Positions 38,160 to 49,941 of a DNA stretch of 64,000 nucleotides are shown piece after piece. The position numbers and the translations under genes are program-made. The stretch spans positions 90,148,001 through 90,212,000 of the forward strand of contig JANJGN010000017.1 of assembly GCA_026770705.1 (NCBI GenBank). Direction: 5' to 3'. The notes under the pieces are model-generated. The model ran no database searches, was not told the origin of the DNA, and worked only from the letters and a program-made list of their open reading frames with translations. Within the stretch, counting starts at the first letter, position 1. Every line of letters starts with the position of its first letter. This stretch comes from Isurus oxyrinchus (lineage: Eukaryota).

Positions 38160-39000
38160 GGCAGTCCTGGGACATCGCTGCAGGAGTTCCTCAGGGTAGT
38201 CTCCTAGGCCCAACCACCTTCAGCTGCTTCATCAATGACCTTCCTTCATCATGTCAGAAGTGGGGGTTTTCGCTGATGATTGCACAATGTTCAGCATCAT
38301 TCGTGACTCCTCAGATACTGAAGCAGCCCATGTCCAAATGCAGCAAGACCTGTACAATATCCAGGCTTGGGATGACAAGTGGCAAGTAACATTCGTGCCT
38401 CATAAGTGCCAGGCAATGACCATCTCCAACAAGATAGAATCTAGCCTTCTCCCCTTGATATTCAATGGCATTACCATCGCTGAATCCCCCAGAATCAACA
38501 TCCTGGGGTTACCATTGACCAGAAGCTGAATGGACTAGCCATATAAATATTGTGGCTACAAGAGCAGGTCAGGGGTTGGGAATTCTGTGGAGGGTTACTC
38601 ACCCCCTGACTCCCTAAAGCCTATCCACCTTCTACAAGGCACAAGTTAGGAGCGTGATGGAATACTCTCCACTTACCTGCATGAGTGCAGCTCCAACAAC
38701 ACTCATGAAGCTTGACACTGTCCAGGACAAAGCAGCCCACTTGATTGCTATCCACCACCTTAAGCAGACACATGTAAACACCACTACCCAGAAGTTCTTC
38801 TCCAAGCAAGCCGTTCCTTCACTGTCGCTGGGTCAAAATCCTGGAACTCCCTCCCTAACAGCACTGTGGGTGCACCTACACCATATGGAATGCAGCGGTT
38901 CAAGAAGGCAGCTCACCACCACCTTCTCAAGGGCAATTAGGGATGGGCAATAAATGCTGGGCCAGCCAACAATACCAACATCCCATGAATGAATATTTTT
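38160..39000 (+). mobile_element. CR1/L2-group LINE 3' fragment (RT C-terminus and tail)
   Basis: AGVPQGSLLGPTTFSCFINDL, FADD; tail ggcaattagggatgggcaataaatgctgg. Confidence 0.9.
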
Positions 39001-41009
39001 TTAAAAAAGGCAGTCAGTGAGGAAGACAATAGCAGCAGCAATGTCCTGTCTCTGAGTGGAGTAAGTGGACTTCGAAGTGGAACTCGGCGAGATGTGCCAA
39101 GACGTCAAACTGTGATGTGAAGTAACCAAACCAGCAACTGACCTGGAGGATCTCATTAAACAGTACTGAGAGATTTCCTTGTCGTAAACGAGGTCAGCAT
39201 GCAGCTTCCAATTCAGTTGAGATGGTCCAAAGTGATGAGCAAGGTCCCTCAAGGAGCTTGTGACCTTTGACAGGATTATCTGGCTGTTTAAATCCTGCCA
39301 GGTGTAAATCTAGCACAAGGGAGAGCTCCTGCACCAAGATGGGAGGCTCCCTGGATTCTCATTCTGTCATGAACAAAATGAAAACAGCCCTCCTAGTTGA
39401 ATAGTGCAATGCAGTTTTGTCATCAACTCACATACTGAGTTATGCTGCCCTTTAAACAGGGCTCATAATTGGCAGCGATTGGTTAACAGGTATCAGCGAA
39501 GGCATTTTTTACCTGCTCTCAGGCTGGATTAAAACCTTGTGCCCGGTCTAGCTTAACCTGCTGGAATGATCTGACTGCCCCAAATCCCAAAGTTATACCA
39601 ATTCCTTCTCATTAATCCATTCCTGCTGCAGGTTTCTTGTGACTGTGGGGAGAGGTTGGTCAATGTTTTGGTCTGAAGTTTCTTGGAATTGAAGATTACT
39701 ACAGGACATTGCTGTGAGCCAAACCAGGGAGAGGGGGGGGGGAATATCACAGTGGAGGGGGAGGACTTCAGGAAAAGATGTTTTGAAATCTCTTCAAATA
39801 CTTTTGTTCATTAGTTATAAAAATATTGGAAACGGGGGAAAATGGGTGGCTTCATTGTGTGACAGGAATCTCTTCACTTTCCAAATTGGCTGGTGGGGGA
39901 AAGCGGAGCAGATGGAGGATGGTGGGAGTGGTGGGGTGGGGGTGACAGGTCGTATCTCCAGGAACACATGTCAGCAGAGTTAGCAAACCTCTGTGCAAGT
40001 GACTGAATGGATTCAAACCTTCATTACACTTAAGGGCCACCAATGTGTTTCGGTATAATTTCTGATCTGTTGGGGTTATGTGCTTTAGGTCCTTCTCGAG
40101 ATAGGGGAGGTCCTGTTACCAAGGGATTTGAAGGCCCTAAGAAAGTCATACTAAGCCGAGGTTACATCTAACTCAGGTTAGCTGTTTAGATGTTACAAAA
40201 AAGAAGCATTAAGGTATATTTTCTCCTGTCTGCTTCTATGTGCCTTGCCTCTTCTTGCCCATTAATCTAACATGGTTCTGGTTTTCTGATACCGAAAACT
40301 TGGAACATAATGAAAGCGGGGATCAGGACTGGATTGTAATGGATGGCTGGGCAATATCCAATTATTGTCAGAGGGGGAGGCCGGACACTTTCCCAGCATC
40401 AACTGGTTCAGGGAGCCAATTAAGTGAGGGAGAGCTGGGCCTGCTGATGTTGCCACTGGTTAGAACTGAGGCAGGTTCTGGGCCTCATCAGCCAGTTTAA
40501 TGAGCAGCTTGTTCTGTACCGTGTCTGACTTCGAGGCCAATTCAGTGGTGTGGTGGTGGACCGGGGTGGTGGGGGAAGAGGTGTTGTGCGGGTGTGGGTG
40601 CAGAGGTTCCATGGCGAGGAGGATAGTGGTGGGGTTACTGGATATGGCGACAGCAACAGAAAGCATAAGAGGAAATTGAAAGAGCGCCAAGAGAAAGCTT
40701 GAGTTTATAAAGCAGCTTTTACAACCTGATTGCCTCTCAAAGCGCTTCATGCCAATGAGGTATTTTGTGACGTGTAGTCACTATAATACAGGAAGCGCAG
40801 CAGCCAGTTCACGTACAGCAAGATCCCACAACCTGTAATGTAATAAGTGACCAAGCATTCTGTTTTAGTGCCGCTGGTAAGGGATAAATATTGTCCACGA
40901 AGAACCCCCCTGTTTTTCAATGAACAGTGGCCATATGGGATCTTTTACATCCATTTGAAAGGGCAGACATGGCCTTGGTTTACCATCATATCTGAAAAAC
41001 TCAACCTAT

Positions 41010-41818
41010 GACAGCACAGCACTCCCTCGGTACTGATCCTCTGATAATGCAGAGCTCCCTCAGTACTGAAACTCTAACAGTGCAGCACTCCCTCAGTATT
41101 GACCCTCCGACAGTGGAGCACTCCATCAGTATTGACCCTCTGACTGTGCAGCACTCCCTCAGTACTGACACTCTGACAGTGCGGCACTCCCTCAGTACTG
41201 ACCCTCTTACAGTGCAGCACTCCCTCAATTCTGACCCTCTGACAGTGTGGCACTCCCTCAGTACTGATCCTCTGACTGTGCAGCACTCCCTCTGTAATGA
41301 CCCTCTGACAGTGCAGCACTCCCACAGTATTGACCCTCCGACAGTGCAGCACTCCCTCAGTACTGAACATCTGACAGTGCAGCACTCCCTCAGTACTGAA
41401 CCTCTGACAGTGCGGCACTCCCTCAATACTGACTCTCTTACAGTGCAGCACTCCCTCAGTACTGACCCTCTGACAGTGCGGCACTCCCTCAGTACTGACC
41501 CTCTGACAGTGCAGCACTCCCTCAGTAATGACCCTCTGACAGTGCAACACTCCCACAATATTGACCCTCCAACAATGCAGCACTCCCTCAGTACTGACCA
41601 TCTGACAGTGCAGCACTCCCTCAGTACTGACTCTCTGACAGTGCAGCACTCCCTCAGTGCTGACCCTCTGACAGTGCAGCGCTCCCTCAGTACTGACCCT
41701 CTGACAGTGCAGTACTTCCTCAGTACTGACCCTGTGACAGTGCAGCGCTTCCTCAGTACTGACCCTCTGACAGTGCAGCGCTCCCTCAGTACTGGCCCTC
41801 TGACAGTGCAGCACTCCC
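41010..41818. repeat. 33-bp SINE-derived minisatellite, ~24 units
   Basis: Unit cagtactgaccctctgacagtgcagcactccct; 11-aa periodicity in the ORF track. Confidence 0.97.
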
Positions 41819-41831
41819 AGCTTGTGGGTAG

Positions 41832-42210
41832 ATGGTGGGTGGAGTGGTAATGTCACTGGACTAGTAATCCAGAGGCCCAACTAATGCTCTGGGGACATGG
41901 GTTCAAATCCCACCAGAGCAGCTACTGGAATTTAAATTCAATTCGTGGCTCTGGATTTATAAAGCGCACCTTAGTAACGGTGACAATCAAACTGTCATTG
42001 ATTACCAGAAAATCTGATCTCGTTCACTCACGTCCTTTCGGAAAGGAAATCTGCCATCTTTACCTGGTCTGGCCTACATGTGACTCCAGACCCACAGCAA
42101 TGCCCTCTGAAATGCCCTGGCAAGCTGAGCCACTTAGGAATGAAGCTTGAGTAAGAAATGCTGGCCTTACTAGTGCTGCCCACATCCCACGAAAGAATGG
42201 GAAAAAAAAT
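41832..42210 (+). mobile_element. tRNA-head SINE (B box GGTTCAAATCC) with LINE-shared body and tail
   Basis: gtggtaatgtcactggactagtaatccagagg head; tail cccacatcccacgaa...aaaaaaaa. Confidence 0.85.
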
Positions 42211-42699
42211 TCCGTCAGTGCTGACCGCCTGACAGTGCAGCGCTCCCCCAGCAGAAGGTGTTAGCAGGGATTCCATGCTCATGTCTCAAGAATGGGGCGT
42301 GAGCCTTCCAACTCAGAGGCAGGGCTGCTGCTCAGTACAACACAGCTGATTCATGATGGTCAGCCAGAATGTTGCAGCTTGTACAAAGGCGGGATTAGAA
42401 GGGCAAGCAGAGTCTGCTCAACAAGAGGCCTCAGAGATCCATCAACAGTATTTTAAAACAGGAAAAAAATGTAAACAATGTTAACAACATGCAGAGGAGC
42501 AATAAATCAGCGGCTTGGAACAGGGAGACGCTGACCTCAGAAATTCCCAGTAATCCTTCCTGTCACAGTGAATTTATGAGGCTGATTTTATAGGGCTCCG
42601 TGACCTTGCCTGCTTGCCAGGCCACTAAAGGTAATCCATTCATGTCTCAACATGAGTTAGGGTGCTGCCTGCGAGAGAGAGAGAGAAAGACAAACAGAC

Positions 42700-43140
42700 A
42701 GAACTATACCTTTCAGGTTGTCCCAAAGAGTTTTACAGCCAATGAAGGATTGTTGAAGTTTAATCACTGTTGCAATGCAGGAAAAATGGCAACCAATTTG
42801 TGCACAATAAGCTCCCACCAACAGCAGTGTGATAATGAACACATAACCTGCCTTAATATTATCTGAGGGGTAAAAAAATCTGCCAGAACACTAGGGAGAT
42901 CTCCCCTGTTCTTCTTCAAAATAGTGCCATGGAATCCTCTATGTTCACCTAAGGGGGAAGACAGGGGGTCAGTTCAACATCTGATCCAAACAATGCCACT
43001 CGTGACAGCGCAGCTTTGCTCCCTGAGCAATGCACTGGGAATGTTGCCTTAAATTATGGGCTCTGGTCTCTGGCGAGGGGCTTGAACCCATGACCTTCTG
43101 ATGCAGGAATGAGAACGCTCCCACTGAGCCAAAGCCAACA
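42700..43140 (-). mobile_element. DeuSINE
   Basis: Reverse complement of 4262-4695. Confidence 0.8.
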
Positions 43141-43649
43141 CACTGAATTCCTGTACGTTTCTCGTGCAGGTCCAAGAGATAGCAGGAACTCTGCAAATAC
43201 TGTATCCATTGGCCAGTCTTCACATATCTGACACTGAGTATCAGCAGGTGAACTATGGGAGGCATCATTGCTGATCCAAACTTTCTCATCTTGTGTGAAT
43301 ACTTTCCGAGCTGTAGGGGAGAGGCACTGGAGGCTAACACGGTGTGGAAACTGTGATAAGATTTTCTTCTGCAGAACCTAGTGGCACTGAGCCCAGTTAA
43401 CCCCAAACCCCAATGCCGTCCATAATTTTTGTTTGTTGTATGCAGCCTGCTTGTTGCACAGCATGGTCCCTTTAAGATGCTGCACATGCATACCTCTTCA
43501 AGGGAATGTTGCTTTGACTATCCCTGTTTGTTCCGTGCCTCGTACATTTTGGATTGCTGTACAGGGAACATTGCCCCTACCCAGCCCTGGCCCAGATCAG
43601 CTAACTTGGCATAGACTGGGGGTTGGAACTGAGAAGCTCCCCTGAGTAA

Positions 43650-46600
43650 TGTGCTTGGCTCTTAAAATACCTTCTGAAATGGCCTAGCAAGCCACTCAAT
43701 TGTATCAAATCCCTACAAAGTCCACAAGGAGTGAAAATGGATGGGCCACTCGGCGTTGACTTAGGCACCAGAAACGACAACGGCAAACTCAACCCTGTCA
43801 ACCCTGCAAAGTCCTCTTTACTAACATCTGGGGGCTAGTGCCAAAATTGAGAGAACTGTCTCACAGACCAGTCAAGCAACAGCCTGACATAGTCAAACTC
43901 ACGGAATCATGCCTTACAGATAATGTCCCAGACTCCACCATCACCATCCCTGGGTATGTCCTGTCCCACCGACAGGACAGACCCAGTAGAGATGGCAGCA
44001 CAGTGGTATACAGTCAGGACGGAGTTGCCCTGGGAGTCCTCAACATCGACTCCGGACCCCATGAAGTCTCAGGGCATCAGGTCAAACATGGGCAAGGAAA
44101 CCTCCTGCTGATTACCACGTACCGCCCTCCCTCAGCTGATGGATCAATGTTCCTTCATATTGAACATCACTTGGAGGAAGCACTGAGGGTGGCAAAGGTG
44201 CAGAATGTACTCTGGATGGGGGACTTCAATGTCCATCACCAAGAGTGGCTCAGTAGCACCACTTCTGACCGGCCTGGCCGAGTCCTAAAGGACATAGCTG
44301 CTAGACTGGGTCTGTGGCAGGTGGTGTGGGAACCAACAAAAGGGAAAATACTTACTTGACCACATCCTCATCAATCTGCCTGCTGCAGACGTATCCACAA
44401 AGGTATCAGTAGGAGTGACCACCGCACAGTCCTTGAAGAGATGAAGTCCCATCTTCACATTGAGAATACTGTCCATCATGTTGTGTGGCACTACCACTGT
44501 GCCAAATGGGATAGATTTTTAACAGATCCAGCAACTCAAGACTGGGAATCCACAAGGTGCTGTGGGCCATCAGCAGCAGCAGAATTGTACTCGAACACAA
44601 TCTGTAACCTCATGACACGGCATATCCCCCACTCTACCAATACCAGCAAGCTGGGGGATCAATGAAGAGGGCATGTCAGGAGTAATGCCAGGCATACCTA
44701 AAAATGAAGTGTCAAGCTGATGAAGCTACAACTTAGGTCTATTTGTGTGCCAAACAGCATAACTAGCATGCAATAGATAAATGTCAAGAATATAGAATGT
44801 CTATAATGTTATTGGAAATTATTTTAAAATAGATTTCTAGTGGTGTCTGTATCTAAGTGTGTGTGTCTTAATTGGATTAAAGCCAGCTGGTCTAGAGGCT
44901 TTGATGTAAAGAAGAGAATTAGGTTTGAAATGGTAATTAGATAAACACAGGGAAGTTACAAGGTGGAGTGGAAAGGAGGCAATTTGCATTTTTAAATTAA
45001 CCATTCGAAAGAATGGGAGAAATATTACATCTATCCAGAAGAAACCAAGCAATGTTTATTTTTTCGAAAGCTTACTAATAAAATTGGTGCTGTGAAAGGG
45101 GTTTTTTGTTAGAATTGTTAGAATCAAACAATGATACTATGAGAATTTGCATTCAAAGAGGAAAATATGTATAAAGGCAGAGAAGGCTGTTGGTAAAAGA
45201 AGAGGGATTCTAAGATTTAAAGCCTCCACCCTGTAAGCCTCAAGGACCCAGAGCTGAAAGAAACTTATTTTGAATGTGATGTTCAGTGTTGCTTTGCCAG
45301 GGGTCTGTTTAACTCTGTGTTTTACTGTTGCCTTAATGGAGGTGTAACTGAGAGTCAGATTAATTAGGGGATTTTTTAGAAGTTATTATCATAGTAACTT
45401 GTAGACATGTGTCCGTGCTTACAATTTTTAAATTAATAAATGTTTAATTTAGTTTTTTAAAAACCTCTTGAGACTCAGTGGTCTTATTATAACTGAATTC
45501 AAAGCCTGCATCTTGAAACATACAAATTACAAAAATTGGTTATGACTGTTGTTTCAATTTTCCCTCTGGGATTTCAACAGCTCAGCATTTACAACTGGCT
45601 GGGTCATAATACAGAGCTAAACGATCCCACAACCGACAGATCAGATCTAAGCTCTGCAATCCTGCCACTTCCAGTCATGAATGGTGGTGGACAATTAAAC
45701 AACTCACTGGAGGAGGAGGCTCCACAAATATTCCCATCCTCAATGATGGGGGAGCCCAGCACACAAGTGCAAAATATAAGGCTGAAGCATTTGAAACAAT
45801 CTTCAGCCAGTAGTGCCGAGTGGATGATCCATCTTTGCCTCCTCTGGAGGTCCACAGCATCGCAGGTGCCAGTCTTCAGCCAATTCAATTTGCTCTACGT
45901 GACATCAAGAAATGACTGAAGGCACTGGATACTGCAACAGCTATGGGCCCTGACGATATTCCGCAAAATAGTACTGAAGACTTGTGCTGCAGAACTTCGC
46001 ACGCCCCCAGCCAAGCTGTTCCAGTACATTTACAACACTGGCATATACCTGGCAATGTAGAAAACTACCCAAGTATATCCCATCTACAAAAAGAAGGACA
46101 AACTCAACCCAGCCAATTACCACCCCATCAGTCTACTCTCAATCATCAGTAAAGTGATAGAAGGGGTCATAAGCAGTGCTATTAAGCGGCACTTCTTTAG
46201 CAATGGCTTGCTCACTGACACTCAGTTTGGGTTCCGTCAGCATCACTCAGCTCCTGACCTCATTACAGCCTTGGTTCAAATATGGACAAAAGAGCTGAGC
46301 TCCCGAGGTGAGGTGAGAATGACTGCCCTTGACATCACAGCAAAACATGACCGAGTATGGCATAAGGAGCTCGAACAAAAGTGGAATCAATGGAATCAGG
46401 GGGTAATATGTAGCACAAAGGAAGATGGTTGTGGCTGTTGGAGGTCAGTCATCTCAGTTCCAGGACATCACTGCAGGGGTTCCTCAGGGTAGTGTCCTTG
46501 GCCCAACCATCTTCAGCTGCTTCATCAATAACCTTACTTCCGTCATTTGTGACTCCTCAGATGCTGAAGCAGTCCATGTCCAAGTGCAGCAAGACCTGGA

Positions 46601-47312
46601 CAATATCCAGGCTTCGGCTGACAACTGGCAAGTAACATTGGCACCACACAAGTGCCAGGCAATGACCATCTCCAACAACAGAGAATCTGACCATTGTCCC
46701 CTGACATTCAATGGCATTACCATCACTGAATCCCCCGTCATCAACATCCTGGGAGTTACCATTGACCAGAAACTGAACTGGACTAGCCATATAAATACTG
46801 TGGCTACAAGAGCAGGTCAGAGGCTAGGAATCCTGCGGCGAGTAACTCACCTCCTGACTCCCCAAAACCTGTCTACCATCTACAAGGCACAAGTCAAGAG
46901 TGTAATGGAATACTCCCCACTTGCCTGGATGCATTGCAGCTCCAACAACACTCAAGAAGCTCGACACCATCCAGGATGCATTGCAGGAACTCACCAAGGT
47001 TCCCTCGACAGCACTTTAAAAACCCACAACCACTACCACCTAAAAGGACAAGGGCAGAACACCACCACCTGGAAGTTCACCTCCAAGTCACTCACCATCC
47101 TGACTTGGAAATATATCACCGTTCCTTCACTGTCGCTGGGTCAAAATCCTGGAACTCCCTCCCTAATAGCACTGTGGGTGTAGCTACACCACACGGACTG
47201 CAGCAGTTCAAGAAGGCAGCTCTCCACCTCCTTCTCAAGGGCAACTAGGGATGGGCAATAAATGCTGGCCTAGCCATCCACTCCCACATCCCATAAATGA
47301 TTTTTTAAAAAA
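43650..47312 (+). mobile_element. Near full-length decayed CR1/L2-group LINE (APE + RT) with LTR insertion
   Basis: APE ORF 43838-44359 (YRPP, MGDFN); RT 46154-47183 (QFGFR, GVPQGSVLGP); A-rich tail. Confidence 0.93.
44782..45611 (+). mobile_element. Solo LTR related to the Gmr1-type LTRs
   Basis: TGTCAAG start, ggtcataata end; 45430-45611 resembles the reverse complement of 27050-27240; the LINE resumes in register after it. Confidence 0.85.
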
Positions 47313-47984
47313 AACCATGTGAGTCAGATATTCATTTCATGAACTGACTGAGGAACCATGGAGAAGCTAAAACATCAATACAGGCAGCACTTTTAACCTA
47401 GTTAAAATTGCTATGTTGGGCTCCATTTTAATTTGTTTGCCTGAGAAGAGATGTCCATCCGTAGCAGGCAGGATCCTCCTCTAAAGGTCCACTACAGAGA
47501 CGCATTGGGCTGAGGACCTATTAGCAATTTTAATTGCCCGGTGAGGTAAGAGTCCCAAAACCACTGTTTCTCTTGTGGGACCTGGAACAGCAAGAATTAA
47601 AATCAAGGCTAGAATTTTGGAGGAAGATCTCCAATTGCATGATTAACAATGGGAGAAATCATTGTGCCAGAGTTCTCCAGCAGCCCACTGTAGAACCCAA
47701 TTCGAGAACACTGGCTTTGTGCCTAGGTGAAGGCCTGGTCAATGAGACTGGAAGGCTGGTGCCCACCTGGAGGTTCCCAGGAAAGTTGGTGGCTGGACTT
47801 GCCTCAGGACCATCTGCACCCATACCATGTAGAGGATCATACTGAAGGCCGCTTACAGCTGGCATGGGACTCCAAAAGAGACAGGAACACAGTCAGGCCT
47901 CATATATTGGCAGCAATTATGTTAACCCCAACCCCACCCCCTATTAAATTGCAATGGACCCATAAGGCGATATAGCCATGGACA

Positions 47985-48962
47985 CCTTTGACAACTTTTT
48001 CTAATTTACATCAATGACTTAGATGAGGGGAGTGAAGACATGGCAGCTAAATTAGCAGCTGACACAAAGATAGGTAGAAAGTGTGTTGTGAGGAGGAAAT
48101 GAGGAGTTTGCAGTTGAATATAGGTAGGTTGGGTGAATGGGTAAAAATCTAGCAGATGGAGTTTAATTTGGGAAAATGTGAAGTTGTTCACTCTGGCAAG
48201 AAAAATAAAAAAGCAAAGCATTACTTAAATGGAGAACAGCTGCAGAATTCCGAAGTGCAGAGGGATCTAGATGTTCTATTGCATGAGTCGCAAAAGGTTA
48301 TAAAGTAGTACAGCAAGTAATTAAGAAAGCTAATGGAATGCTATCCTCTATTATGTGAGGAATTGAACATACAGGTAAGGATGTTATACAAGGCATTGGT
48401 GAGACAGCACCTCGAATACTGTGTGCAGTTTTGGTCTCCTTATTTAAGGAAGGATGTAAATGTGTTAGAGGCGGTTCAGAGGAGGTTTACTAGATTGATA
48501 ACTGGAATGGGCAGTCTTTTGACCATAGGTTGGACAGACTAGGCTTGTTTCCACTGGAGTTTAGAAGAGTGAGGGGTGACTTGATTGAAGTATATAAGAT
48601 CCTGAACAGTCTTGACAAGATGGATGTGCAAAGGAAGTTTCCTCTTGTGGGTGAGTCCAGAATTAGGGGGCACTGTTCTAAAATTAGGGGTTGGCCTTTC
48701 AGGACAGAGATGAGGAAAAAATAATTTCTCTCAGACAGTCGTGCGAATTTGGAACTCTGTGCCCCAGAAGGTGGTGAAAGTGGTCATTTAATATTTTTAA
48801 GGTGGAGGTAGATAGATTCTTGGAAGACAAGGGAATCAAAGGGTATCTGGGATAGATGGGAATGTGGAACTTGAAGCATAAACAGATCAGCCAAGATCTT
48901 ACTGAATGACGGAGCAGGCTCGAGGGGCTAAATGGTCTACTCCTGCTCCTATTTCATATGTT
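47985..48962 (+). mobile_element. CR1 LINE 3' ~1 kb
   Basis: [24 protein letters not shown]...[12 protein letters not shown]; CR1 tail. Confidence 0.92.
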
Positions 48963-49489
48963 TTTCTGCCATTCCTCCAGCTTGAGGCCTACAGGAGTGG
49001 AAATGGCTGAGCTAGCTGGCCTGAAAGCTGGCATAACGTTGAAGTCTCTGATTATTCCCACCCCTACCCCCGCCCACTGCCTCCCCTGACCCCAACCACT
49101 TGTACACTACAAATTCGAGTGACAATCTTGAACTTTTCTTTCCTCTTTTCCCCACTGATGATTTGGGGAAAAGTTCACTTCTGACAGGCAAACTGTCAAA
49201 CAATCAATCACTTAACAAGCTCGATGGCTTATCATGTGCGAGGCCCCAGGCCAAGCTGGCTCTGTTTATTGACTGCTGGATGAACTTTTGAGCAGCTGCT
49301 TTTGTAGTCTGACCTCGAATTCGGTGGTGCTGTTTGATCAGTAGTTTACTCTGAGGTCAGCAGAGGTACCGGCTTTTGACAAAGTAACACAACAGATGAA
49401 TTCTTTGTAGCCGGTGAGGGGCCCCACTGATGTGGAGGCTGCCCATTCCTGTCACAGTCATAGCAGTATTCAGTGCTATTATAAAACAA

Positions 49490-49800
49490 CAGCAACTCAC
49501 ATTTATGCAGCAACCTTGATCTGGTAAAATGTCCGAAGGCCCTTCACAGGAACCCTATGAGACAAAAAGTTACACCAAGCCCATAGGAGATATGGACAGC
49601 CAATCACAAACTTGGCCGAAAACGGTAGGTCTTAAGGAGCATTTTAAAGGAGGCGAGAGAGGTGGAAAGGTTTAAGGAGGGAATTCCAGAACTTAGGAGC
49701 TGAAGACCTGGCTGCTAATTTGATGAAGCAATTAAAATCAGGAATGCTCAAGAGACCGAATTGGAGGAGATCAGCTATCTCAGAGAGGTTTAGGGAAGGA
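49490..49800 (-). mobile_element. L2 3' end remnant
   Basis: Similar to 52764-53050. Confidence 0.65.
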
Positions 49801-49941
49801 ATGGCAGAGCTACTCTCTCAGGTAAATGTAAATGATCTCTTCACAGCATTCAAAGAGGAGCAGAGGAGTTTTTCTTGTCCTGGTCCAATATTTATTTCTT
49901 AGCCAATATCACTGAAAAAGATTTGGTCAATAGCAACTTAT

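Larger units (their letters stand above)
40700..42350 (-). mobile_element. DeuSINE with internal tandem amplification and a nested SINE
   Basis: Deu body at 40700-41000, head remnant at 42214-42350. Confidence 0.75.

Noticed and set aside
41001-41880. Long repetitive ORFs on both strands / CRISPR-like array
   Set aside because: Head-to-tail 33-bp tandem with no unique spacers; the ORFs arise because the unit is a multiple of 3; eukaryotic SINE-derived DNA
41834-41915. tRNA gene
   Set aside because: A/B-box-like motifs continue into SINE body and tail; no convincing cloverleaf
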